NCBI GenBank assembly: GCA_963702425.1
Contig: CAVPCQ010000006.1
Span: 1 to 64,000 of the forward strand
DNA: 64,000 nucleotides
Source: an uncultured Acidobacteriota bacterium
GTDB taxonomy: Bacteria; Acidobacteriota; Polarisedimenticolia; J045
Direction: 5' to 3'
The notes beneath the pieces were generated by a model. That model was not told the origin of the DNA. It ran no database searches and saw nothing but the letters and a program-made list of their open reading frames with translations. Within the stretch, counting starts at the first letter, position 1, and the number at the start of each line of letters is the position of its first letter. A program made the position numbers and the translations under genes. Positions 42,412 through 51,334 of the stretch are shown here, in pieces.

Positions 42412-43274
42412 GGGTGTCCCCAGCCCAGCTTGCTGCGCAGCACGCTGAAGAACGAGCGCCCCGGCCGGCGCACCAGCGTCGTGGCGAAGGGGGCGCGTTC
42501 GACCGTCACGCTCTCCCCGGGGAGGAGCGGGAACGCGACCTGACCGTCCATCGTGACCTGGACCGTCGTCCCCGGGCGTCCCTCGGGAAGCACGACCCGG
42601 ATCCGGGTCGATCCGGGCAGCACCAGCGGCCGCTGCGACAGGGAGTGCGGGCAGATCGGCGTGACGAGCAGGGCGTCGACCGAGGGGACGACGACCGGCC
42701 CCCCCGCCGACAGGCTGTAGGCGGTCGAGCCGGTCGGCGTCGACAGGATCAGGCCGTCGGCGCGGTAGTCGGTCACCCACTCGGCATCGATGTAGAGCGA
42801 GAGCGTGAACAGCCGCACCGCGCTCGAGCTGGAGATCACGACGTCGTTCAGCGCCAGGTGCTGGTCGCGCGGCAGGTCGTCGTTGTGCGAGACCGCCAGC
42901 ATCGGACGCCGCTCGAGCGGTGCCCGCCCGGCAAGGGCGGCCGCCAGGACGTCGTCGATCTCGTCGCAGCGCAGCTCGGTGAGGAACCCGAGATGCCCTA
43001 GGTTGATCCCCAGGATCGGGGTCTCGCGCGCCCCGATCGTGCGCGCCGAAGCGAGCAGCGTCCCGTCGCCCCCGATGACGACCGCGAGGTCGGCGCGCCG
43101 CGCTCCTTCCTCGCGCGACACGAACGACGGCAGGCCGAGCGTCCGGGCGGTGTCCTCGTCGGCGAGCGGCTCGCAGCCGAGTCGGTCGAGGCTCGAGAAG
43201 ACGCGCCGCAGGACGGCCGGCGCGTCGGGGTGCGGCTTGCTGAAGACGGCGACCGCACGCTGGTCAGCTGGCAT
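42408..43274 (-). CDS. nadK: NAD kinase
   Basis: GGDGT, GINLGHLGFL, LNDVV, DGLILSTPTGSTAYSLSAGGP. Confidence 0.96.
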   Translation of the reverse strand: MPADQRAVAVFSKPHPDAPAVLRRVFSSLDRLGCEPLADEDTARTLGLPSFVSREEGARRADLAVVIGGDGTLLASARTIGARETPILGINLGHLGFLTELRCDEIDDVLAAALAGRAPLERRPMLAVSHNDDLPRDQHLALNDVVISSSSAVRLFTLSLYIDAEWVTDYRADGLILSTPTGSTAYSLSAGGPVVVPSVDALLVTPICPHSLSQRPLVLPGSTRIRVVLPEGRPGTTVQVTMDGQVAFPLLPGESVTVERAPFATTLVRRPGRSFFSVLRSKLGWGHP

Positions 43275-44079
43275 CGCGCCGGACCTCCTCGTCGACCAGC
43301 CTATCAAAGGCCGCCGTGCCGAGTCCGGGACCCCGGGTGGCGAGCAGGAAGACCTCGCGGTTCCCCTTCGGGCCCGCGACCGGCGAGGAGGCCGCGGCGG
43401 CCGGCCCCCAGCCCCGCTCCTCGAGGAAGTGGCCGACCCGCAGCACGGCGCGGCCGCGAAGCTCCGGATCGCGGACGACCCCGCCCCGGCCGACGAGCGC
43501 GGGCGAGAGCTCGAACTGCGGCTTGACCAGGAGCAGCAGCCGAGCCCCGGATCCGAGAAGGGGCAGGACCGCGGGCAGGACGAGGGTCAGCGAGATGAAC
43601 GACAGGTCGGCCGTGGCCAGGTCGTAGGGGGGAGCGACCTGGCCGGCGCCGAGGTAGCGCGCATTGCAGTGCTCGACGACGAGGACCCGGGGGTCGGCGC
43701 GGAGCCCGGCGTCGAGCAGGCCGTGACCGACGTCGACCGCCGTGACGTGGGCCGCGCCGCGGCGCAGCAGGACGTCGGTGAAGCCGCCCGTCGAGGCCCC
43801 GAGGTCGAGGCAGCGCCACCCGGCCGGGTCGAGGCCGAGCCGGTCGAGGACCGGGGCCAGTTTGAGGCCGCCGCGCGACGCGTAGAGCCGGTCGCCCTCG
43901 GTCAGCGCGAGTGCGGCGCCGGCGGGGACGGGAGTCCCCGGCTTGTCGACGCGCCGCCCGTCCACGAGGATGCGGCCGGCGATGACCAGCGCCTGCGCCT
44001 TCTCGCGCGAGGGAACGAGCCCGGCCTGGACCAACGCCAGATCGAGGCGCCGCCGGGGAGGCCGGGGCGCCCCGCCCAT
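43264..44079 (-). CDS. tlyA: TlyA-family rRNA methyltransferase
   Basis: S4 domain RLDLALV..GL..SREKA, SRGGLKL, DLGASTGGFT, DLSFISL, KPQFE, GPKGNRE. Confidence 0.95.
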   Translation of the reverse strand: MGGAPRPPRRRLDLALVQAGLVPSREKAQALVIAGRILVDGRRVDKPGTPVPAGAALALTEGDRLYASRGGLKLAPVLDRLGLDPAGWRCLDLGASTGGFTDVLLRRGAAHVTAVDVGHGLLDAGLRADPRVLVVEHCNARYLGAGQVAPPYDLATADLSFISLTLVLPAVLPLLGSGARLLLLVKPQFELSPALVGRGGVVRDPELRGRAVLRVGHFLEERGWGPAAAASSPVAGPKGNREVFLLATRGPGLGTAAFDRLVDEEVRRDAS

Positions 44080-44978
44080 CAATGGCTCCTGTCGACGGCC
44101 GCGCGCACGAGGGCGAGCACCGGATCCGCCGCCGGCCCGAGGGATGCCAAACCGGCGAGCGCCTCGTCCCGCAGCGCCGCCGCTCGTCGCAGCGCCGCGT
44201 CGAGCCCGACCAGCGCCGGCCAGGTCGCTTTCCCCTGAACGAGATCCTTGCCGGCCGTCTTGCCGAGCTGCTCGGTGGAGGCCGTGAGGTCGAGGATGTC
44301 GTCCTGGATCTGGAACGCTTCGCCGACCAGCTCGCCGCACCTCACCAGCCGCGCACGCACCGGTTCCGGAGCCGCGGCCGCGAGCGCCCCGAGCTCGAAG
44401 CAGGCGGTCAGGAGCGCACCGGTCTTCATCCGGTCGATGCGGGCGACGGCCCCGGCGTCGGCCGGAGTTCCGGCGGCGGCGAGGTCGAGCGCCTGGCCAC
44501 CGGCCATCCCGGCCGGTCCGGCCGCAGCCGCCAGCGCTACGACCTGCGCCGCGACCGTCGCTCCCGGGACTGCGCCGCGGGCGAGCACTTCGAACGCCCG
44601 GGTCTGCAGCGCGTCGCCGGCGAGGATCGCCATCGCCTCGCCGTAGACCTTGTGCGTCGTGGGCCGCCCACGCCGCAGGTCGTCGTCGTCCATCGCCGGC
44701 AGGTCGTCGTGCACGAGGCTGTAGGCGTGGATCATCTCGATCGCCACCGCCGCCGGCAGCGCCGCCGCGGTCGTTCCGCCGCAGGCGCGGCAGGCCGCGA
44801 GCGTCAGCAGCGGGCGCAGCCGCTTTCCCCCGCCGAGCAGCGCGTAGCGCATCGCTTCGAGCAGCTCCGCGTCTGCGCCCGCGAGCTCCTCCGGCGCGGC
44901 CAGGGCGTCCTCGAGCCCACGCTCGACCTGCTCGCGCCAAGCGGCGAGCGCGTCGGTGCCGGGCTCGGCGGCACTCAC
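44079..44978 (-). CDS. ispA: Polyprenyl (farnesyl/geranylgeranyl) diphosphate synthase
   Basis: GGKRLRP, HDDLPAMDDDDLRRG, GQALD, KTGAL, FQIQDDILD, GKD. Confidence 0.95.
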   Translation of the reverse strand: MSAAEPGTDALAAWREQVERGLEDALAAPEELAGADAELLEAMRYALLGGGKRLRPLLTLAACRACGGTTAAALPAAVAIEMIHAYSLVHDDLPAMDDDDLRRGRPTTHKVYGEAMAILAGDALQTRAFEVLARGAVPGATVAAQVVALAAAAGPAGMAGGQALDLAAAGTPADAGAVARIDRMKTGALLTACFELGALAAAAPEPVRARLVRCGELVGEAFQIQDDILDLTASTEQLGKTAGKDLVQGKATWPALVGLDAALRRAAALRDEALAGLASLGPAADPVLALVRAAVDRSH

Positions 44979-45247
44979 GGCGCGTCCGTCGGCGGCTCGA
45001 ACGGCACGGCGAGGGGCTCGCCCGCCGTGCCGCGGACGAGCGCCTCGACCTTCATCTCCGCGGCTTGCAGCTGGGCCTCGAGCGCGCGGGCCAGCGCCAC
45101 CCCCTCCTCGAACAGCGCCAGGCTCTCTTCCAGCGGCAGCTCGCCCTGCTCCATCGCACCGACGATCGCCTCGAGCCGCGCGAGCGAGCGTTCGAACCCC
45201 TTGTCGTCGCCGGCGGGCGGCGCCGCCGATCCGGTCCTGTCGACCAT
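44975..45247 (-). CDS. xseB: Exodeoxyribonuclease VII small subunit
   Basis: FERSLARLEAIV..ME.GELPLEESLALFEEG; GAGGAGG RBS (alternative start 45301). Confidence 0.93.
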   Translation of the reverse strand: MVDRTGSAAPPAGDDKGFERSLARLEAIVGAMEQGELPLEESLALFEEGVALARALEAQLQAAEMKVEALVRGTAGEPLAVPFEPPTDAP

Positions 45248-45297
45248 GCCTCCTCCTCGTCTCCTCGTCCCCGGCTCGACGCGGCCGCTCCCAGTCG

Positions 45298-46689
45298 TCA
45301 TGGTCGCTCGTCGATCGGGCCGTCCACCGTCGCCGCGAACGCGCCGCGGCCCAGCCGCACCGCGACGCGCTCCCCGGCCACGAGCGACGCCGCGTCGCGC
45401 ACCACCGCCGCCGGCCGGCCGGCCCGGGTGACGAGCGCGAAACCGCGGGCCAGCACCGCCAGCGGCGACAGCGCGTCGAGCTGCGCCACCAGCGCGGCGC
45501 AGCGGCTGCGGCCGGCCGCGAGCCGCCGCGCCACGGCGACGCGGAGCGCGGCGCGGGCGACGGCGAGGCGGTGACGCCGCCCCGCGAGCCGCGCGCGCTG
45601 CCCCTCGGGAGCCAGGCGTGCGACGAGCACGCCCAACGCGCGGCGCCGGCGATCGAGCACGGCCCGCTGCACCAGCTCGAGCCGGCGCTCGAGATCGGCC
45701 GCGTGGGCCGCCAGCCGGCTCAGCGCCCGCGGAACCGACCCCAGGGCGCGGGCGCCGGCGAGCGGTGCGAGGCGGGCGCGGGCGCGATCGATCCGGCGGC
45801 GCGCGGCCTGGGCCAGGCGCGATGCTCCGGAAGCGACGCGAGCCGCCATCTCGATCTCGGCCCGGACCACGACCTCGGCTGCCGCCGAGGGGGTCGGAGC
45901 GCGCAGGTCGGCGGCGAAGTCGGCCAGCGTGGTGTCGATCTCGTGGCCGACGCCGGTCACGACGGACGTGCGACAGGCGACGATCGCGCGCACCACCCGC
46001 TCGTCGTCGAAGGCCGCCAGATCCTCGCGCGCCCCGCCGCCGCGCACCACCAGCAGCAGGTCGAGGCCGCACGCGTCGGCCGCTGCGAGCGCGGCGACGA
46101 TCTCCTCGGGAGCCTTCGCCCCCTGCACGGTCGCCGGCACGACCAGCACGTGCAGGCCCGAGACGCGGCGCGCCAGGACGCGCAGCACGTCGCGCAGCGC
46201 CGCGCCGTCGGGCGAGGTCACGACACCGATCCGGCGGGCCAGCGCCGGCAGCGCCTGCTTCCGCTCGGCGTCGAACAGCCCTTCCGCGGCGAGCCGGGCC
46301 TTGAGCTGCTCGAAGGCCAGCGCAGCCGAGCCGGCCCCGACCGGCTCGAGCGCCGAGACCGCGAGCTGGAACCGGCCCTGCACCGCGTAGACCGAGGGGA
46401 GCGCCAGCGCCAGCACCTCGAGGCCGTCCCCGGGCGTGAAGCGGACGCGCAGGTTCTCGCGCCGGAACATCGCGCAGGAGATCGACGCCCGCCCGTCGGT
46501 CAGCGAGAAGTACCAGTGCCCGGAGCCGTGCGCGACGAAGCGCACGATCTCGCCCGCGACCCAGACCGGGCCGATCCCCTCGCGTAGCTGCGCGTCAGCC
46601 AGCTCGTTGAGCTGCGTGACGGTCAGCGGCGCGAGGCGTGAGCCAGGGAGGGGATCGTCACCACCCGGCGTGTGCGCGCCGGAGCGCAT
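45298..46689 (-). CDS. xseA: Exodeoxyribonuclease VII large subunit
   Basis: SGHWYFSL, GVVTSPDGAA, RGGG..EDL..F, GVGHEID, APTPSAAAE, L.RGF. Confidence 0.96.
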   Translation of the reverse strand: MRSGAHTPGGDDPLPGSRLAPLTVTQLNELADAQLREGIGPVWVAGEIVRFVAHGSGHWYFSLTDGRASISCAMFRRENLRVRFTPGDGLEVLALALPSVYAVQGRFQLAVSALEPVGAGSAALAFEQLKARLAAEGLFDAERKQALPALARRIGVVTSPDGAALRDVLRVLARRVSGLHVLVVPATVQGAKAPEEIVAALAAADACGLDLLLVVRGGGAREDLAAFDDERVVRAIVACRTSVVTGVGHEIDTTLADFAADLRAPTPSAAAEVVVRAEIEMAARVASGASRLAQAARRRIDRARARLAPLAGARALGSVPRALSRLAAHAADLERRLELVQRAVLDRRRRALGVLVARLAPEGQRARLAGRRHRLAVARAALRVAVARRLAAGRSRCAALVAQLDALSPLAVLARGFALVTRAGRPAAVVRDAASLVAGERVAVRLGRGAFAATVDGPIDERP

Positions 46690-47477
46690 CAGGCGCCCCC
46701 GGCCCCGCGCGCGAGCCGGCGCACCGCCGTCGCGCGGCCGCTTCCCTCGTCGATCTCGAACAGCGCGCCGCGCAGGCCGGGCTCGCCATCGGAGGGGTCG
46801 GCGTGTCCCGGGCGGCCGGTCAGGAACCGGCGCAGCGCGGCCTCGCGCTGCATCCCGATCACGCCGCCGTAGGGGCCGGTCATGCCGAGGTCGGTGATGA
46901 ACCCGGTCCCTCCCGGGAGAACCCGGGCATCGGCGGTCTGGACGTGGGTGTGGGTCCCGAACACTCCGGCGACGCGGCCGTCGAGGTAGGTGGCGAGCGC
47001 CAGCTTCTCCGACGACGCCTCGGCGTGGAAGTCGACGACGATCGCGTCGGCCCGGCCGGAGAGCTGTTCGAGAACGCGGTCCGCGGCGCGGAAGGGATCG
47101 TCGACCGGCGGCATGAAGACGCGCCCCTGCAGGTTGACGACCGCGATCCGCAGTCCGGCCAGCGACGGCGCGACGAGGAAGCCGCGGCCGGGACAGGGTT
47201 CGGGGTAGTTGACCGGCCGCAGCAGGCGCGGCTCGCGCTCGAGCAGCTGGTCGTGCCCCTTTTGGGCCCAGACGTGGTTGCCGGACGTCAGGCAGTCGGC
47301 GCCCGCCTCGAGCATGGCGCGCGCTCCGGCCGCATCGACTCCGCGGCCTCCCTTGATGTTCTCGACGTTGACCACGACGAACGCCGCGTCGTGTTCCTCG
47401 CGCAGCCTCGGCAGCCACTGCGCCACCGCGCGCCGCCCGGTCTCCCCGAAGACATCCCCGATCGCGAGCAGGTTCAT
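46689..47477 (-). CDS. ymdB: YmdB-like metallophosphoesterase
   Basis: GDVFG, NVEN, TSGNH, DFHAEASSEK, GTHTHVQTAD, TDLGMTG; follows rny. Confidence 0.92.
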   Translation of the reverse strand: MNLLAIGDVFGETGRRAVAQWLPRLREEHDAAFVVVNVENIKGGRGVDAAGARAMLEAGADCLTSGNHVWAQKGHDQLLEREPRLLRPVNYPEPCPGRGFLVAPSLAGLRIAVVNLQGRVFMPPVDDPFRAADRVLEQLSGRADAIVVDFHAEASSEKLALATYLDGRVAGVFGTHTHVQTADARVLPGGTGFITDLGMTGPYGGVIGMQREAALRRFLTGRPGHADPSDGEPGLRGALFEIDEGSGRATAVRRLARGAGGA

Positions 47478-47495
47478 GGCGCGCCGCGGTCGCGC

Positions 47496-49059
47496 TCAGA
47501 CCGCGTAGCTGACGGCGCGGGTCTCGCGGATCACGACGACTCGGATCTGCCCGGGGTAGTCGACCGTCTTCTCGATCTCGAGTGCCAGGTTGCGGGCCAG
47601 GAGCAGCGCCTGCTCGTCGGAGGTCGCCTCGGCCCTCACGTGGACCCGCAGCTCGCGGCCGGCGCGGACCGCCGTGGCGCGCTCGATTCCCTCGTGCGCC
47701 AGAGCCATCCGCTCGACCTCTTCCAGGCGGTCCATGTGGCGCTGCAGGTTGTCGTTCCGGGCCCCGGGGCGCGAGACCACGATCCGCCGGGCGGTGGCGA
47801 GGACCACCCCTTCCGGCGTGCGCGGCGCGTCATTGGGTTGCGCCAGCAGGCGAATCGGGTGCGTGACCGCGGGCTGCTCGCCGAAGCGGGTCGCGAGATC
47901 GGCGCTGGCGATCGCCGGGTGCTGCAGCAGCGGCACCTTGTCCGCGCGGGCGACGTCGTGGAGCAGCCCGGCGCGCCGCAGGGCGTCGCCGGACAGGCGC
48001 ATCTCGTCGCCCAGCTCGCCCGCGATCAGCGCCACCTCGCGCGCGCGCTGGAGCAGGCTCTGCCCGTGGTCGCTGGCGAACGACAGCCGACCGAGCAGGA
48101 GCACGAGGCGCTCGTGCAGACCGGTGATCCCGAGCTCGAAGATCGCCGCCTCGCCCCGCTCGCGCGCTTCCTCGTCGGCCTCCGAGCGCGACTTCTCGAC
48201 GACCTCCTCGATCCGCGCGGGGTGGATCCGGCCGTCTTCGACCAGCTTCTGCAGCGAGCGCGCGGCGATCGTGCGCCGCAGCGGGTCCCACGACGCCAGC
48301 AGGATCGCGTGCGGCGTGTCGTCGACCAGAAAGTCGACTCCCGTGGTGTGCTCGAGGGCGCGGATGTTGCGTCCCTCGCGCCCGATCACGCGTCCCTTCA
48401 TCTCGTCGCTCGGCAGCTCGACGAGGGAGATCGTCCCTTCGATCGCGACCGACCCGCGGACCGACGCCATCGCGCGCAGGACCAGTTCGCGCGCGCGCTC
48501 GTCGGCGGCGAGCCGGGCGCTCTCTTCGGCGCGGGCGACATGGCGGGCGACTTCGCCCGAGAGCTCCCGCTCCAGGGTGGCGATCAGGCGCTCCCTGGCC
48601 TCGTCGGCCGAGAGCCCGGCGACCTGCTCGAGCCGGCTGCGGATCTGGTCCTCGCTGCCGGCGATCCGCGCCTCCCGCTCATCGAGCCGCGTCGAGCGGG
48701 CGTCGAGGGCGCCGGCCCGCTCGGCCATCTCCTCGGCCTTCGCGTCGAGCGTCGCGCCGCGCTCCTCCAGCTTCTGCCGCCGGTCGGCCAGCTCGGCGGA
48801 CCGGCGAGTGACCTCCTCGGTCTTGCGCGCGGCCTCGGCCTCGCGCTGGGCGATCCGTTCGCGGAGCCGTCGCTCCTCGTCGACGACCCGCCGGCGGACC
48901 TGCTCCTCCACCCGGCGCTCGAGTTCGAGCTCGAGCTGGGTGAGGCGCTCGATCTGCTGCGAGAGCTGGCGCGAGCGCCGCGCGGCGAAGATCGCCAGAC
49001 GCGGCCACGACGACCACGAGAGCCGCGTCCAGCATTCCGAGCCAGAGCAACGGGTTCAT
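47496..49059 (-). CDS. rny: Ribonuclease Y homologue with degenerate HD domain (apparent frameshift near 48985)
   Basis: TM anchor, coiled coil, KH motif EMKGRVIGREGRNIR, DGRIHPARIEE, AGLLHD, SRPGAR, AGRELRV, YPGQIRV.VIRE. Confidence 0.9.
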
Positions 49060-49086
49060 GCGGTCCGCCGGTCGATCGATCGAAGT

Positions 49087-49289
49087 GGCCGGCAGATCGG
49101 GGCGGTGGGCGGATGCGGGATTGATGCCTGGAGGACCAGGTGGGTGCCCTCCCGCGGGCTTAGGCTTCCTTCAGTCGTGGCGCGCAAGGCGCCGAGAAGG
49201 CCTGCACACCCTCCGCGGAGTCCAGGCTCCCGAGGTGGTGCTGTTGGCTCAAGCGCGATCCGCCGGCACGTAAACCCGTTCTGCCGGTC
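49087..49289 (-). ncRNA. ssrS: 6S RNA
   Basis: About 200 nt rod with closing stem GACCGGCAGA/TCTGCCGGCC, 6S-like CTTGAGCC, GGGAGC and GCACCCACC segments, own promoter, canonical zapA-6S-rny synteny. Confidence 0.88.
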
Positions 49290-49295
49290 GGGAGC

Positions 49296-49324
49296 AGTAT
49301 GCGGGGCTGTGGCGGGGGGGTCAA
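49296..49324 (-). promoter_or_regulatory. sigma70 promoter of 6S RNA
   Basis: TTGACC-17 nt-CATACT, 6 nt before the predicted 5' end. Confidence 0.75.
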
Positions 49325-49342
49325 CCGCCACCGGCACGCGAG

Positions 49343-49684
49343 TCAGCCGCGTGGCTCGTCCACCGGCTCGATCGCCGCGGCGAGCTGCAGCAGGCTCTCC
49401 TCGAGGCGCCGCGCGCGCTGCCCCACGGCGCGCGCGCGCACCAGCCAGGCCTCGCGCCGCTCCTCGTGCTCCGAGGCGAGGTTGAGCGCGGCGAGCACCG
49501 CGACCTTGAAGTCGTCGCGCAGCCCGGACGCGCCCGCCACCTCGGCCAGCGCGTCGTCGACGCGGGCGGCCAGGGCGCGCAGCAGCGCCGGGTCCTCGCC
49601 GCGGAGCCGGTAGAGCCGGCCGGCGAGTTCGACCTCGACCACCTGCGCCGCCGGCCGGGCCGGGGGAACTCCGTTTTCCGGCAT
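49343..49684 (-). CDS. zapA: Cell division protein ZapA
   Basis: VEVELAGRLYRL, LA..VD, KVAVLAALNLA.E, coiled coil; GGAGG RBS. Confidence 0.88.
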   Translation of the reverse strand: MPENGVPPARPAAQVVEVELAGRLYRLRGEDPALLRALAARVDDALAEVAGASGLRDDFKVAVLAALNLASEHEERREAWLVRARAVGQRARRLEESLLQLAAAIEPVDEPRG

Positions 49685-49710
49685 CACGCGAACGGTCCTC
49701 CGGGGAGGGG

Positions 49711-49760
49711 ATTATACGGGGTCGGGGGGCGAGCCCGGGGTCGGGGATCGAGGATACAAT
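49711..49760. promoter_or_regulatory. Divergent -10 boxes for zapA (minus) and pheS (plus)
   Basis: TATAAT at 49716-49711 on minus; TACAAT at 49755-49760 on plus. Confidence 0.55.
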
Positions 49761-49794
49761 CCGCCGTTCTGCGCGGCAGGCGCGGGAGGTCGGC

Positions 49795-51334
49795 GTGGGT
49801 GCGGTCTTGCGCGAGGTCGAAGTGCGGGTGCTGGAGGCCCTTCCGCCGGACGGCGGGGCGCTCGGGGTCGAGGATCTGGCGCGCCGCCTGGGGCTCGACC
49901 AGAGTCCGGTGGCGGGCGCGGTCGCGACGCTCGCCGAGCGCGGCCTGGTGACCGTTTCGGAGGAGTCCGAGGACGAGTACCGGGTCGGCGCCGAAGGCGG
50001 CGGGCTGGGAGCGGTTGTGTCTTTCCGGAGCGGCGGGTCGCGCGGGCCCTCGCGGTGGCCGGCGGAGAGGCCGAGATCCCGACCCTCGCTGCGGCCTCGG
50101 GGTTGTCGACGAAGGAGATCGGCGAGTCGCTGCGCTGGTTGACCCAGCGCGGCTGGGCCGCGAAGGACGGCGCACGGCTGCGTGCGACGGAGGCCTGGGC
50201 GGGCGCCGAGCCGGCGGCCGAGCCCGACGAGCGCCTGCTGCAGTTCCTCGTCGATCACGGACCGGCGCGCCGGGCTGCGGTGCTCGACGCCGGCGAGGCG
50301 CTCGATGCCGCGCTCGAGCGCCTGGCCGCGCGCGCCGGGGTCGTCGAGCGCCGCGAGCGGCGCCGGCGGCTGGTCGCGATGACCGTTGAGGGCGCGGCGC
50401 TCCGGGCGGGAGGGGTCGAGTCCCGCCGCGAGGTCAACGAGCTGACCACCGAGCTGCTGGTGTCGGGACGCTGGCGCGAGGTCGCGTTCCGCGCCTACGA
50501 CATCGGCCTGCCCGGCCCGGAGGTGGTGCCGGGCAAGGAGCACCCGTTTCCGGCGGATCCTCCACGAAACGCGGCGGGTCTTCCTCGAGATGGGTTTCGA
50601 GGAGACGAAGAGCCCGTGGGTGGAGTCGGCCTTCTGGGACTTCGACGCGCTGTTCCAGCCGCAGGACCACCCGGCGCGCGACATGCAGGACACCTTCTAC
50701 GTCGCGCGACCGGAGCGGGCGACGCTGCCCGATCCGGCGCTGGTCGAGCGCGTGCGCCGCACCCACGAGGACGGCGGCGACACCGGCTCGATCGGCTGGC
50801 GAACGCGGTGGGACCCGGCCCTGGCCGAGCGCTGCGTGCTGCGGACCCACACCACCGCCGCGACGGTGCGCGCGCTCTACGCCGACCCGCGGCCCGCCGC
50901 GGCGCGTCTTCTCGGTCGGCCCGGTCTTCCGGCGCGAGACGATCGACTACAAGCACCTGCCGGTCTTCCACCAGGTCGACGGGATCGTGATCGACGCCAA
51001 CGCGTCGTTTGCGATGCTGCTGACGCTCCTGACGACCTTCTACCGGAAGATGGGCTTCCCGCGGATCCAGTTCCGGCCCGCCTTCTTCCCCTACACCGAG
51101 CCGTCGGTCGAGGTCTTCGTCTACCTCGAGTCGCGCCAGGACTGGGTCGAGATGGGCGGGGCAGGGATCTTCCGGCCCGAGGTCACCGAGCCGCTCGGCT
51201 GCACCGCGCCGGTGCTGGCCTGGGGCCTCGGCCTCGAGCGGGTGGCGATGTTCCGCTTCGGCCTGTCGGACATCCGCGAGATCTACCTCGCCCACCTCGA
51301 GTGGCTCGAGGAGACGCCGCTGTGCCGATCCTAG
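49795..51334 (+). CDS. pheS: Phenylalanine--tRNA ligase alpha subunit, archaeal/eukaryotic type (apparent frameshifts near 50010, 50545, 50895)
   Basis: Long N-terminal winged-helix-like region, FPER, FWDFDALFQPQDHPARDMQDTFY, LRTHTT, VFRRETIDYKHLPVFHQVDG, FFPYTEPS, WGLGLER. Confidence 0.93.

Noticed and set aside
49087-49289. Novel structured RNA or small ORFs between zapA and rny
   Set aside because: Size, motifs and synteny fit ordinary 6S RNA
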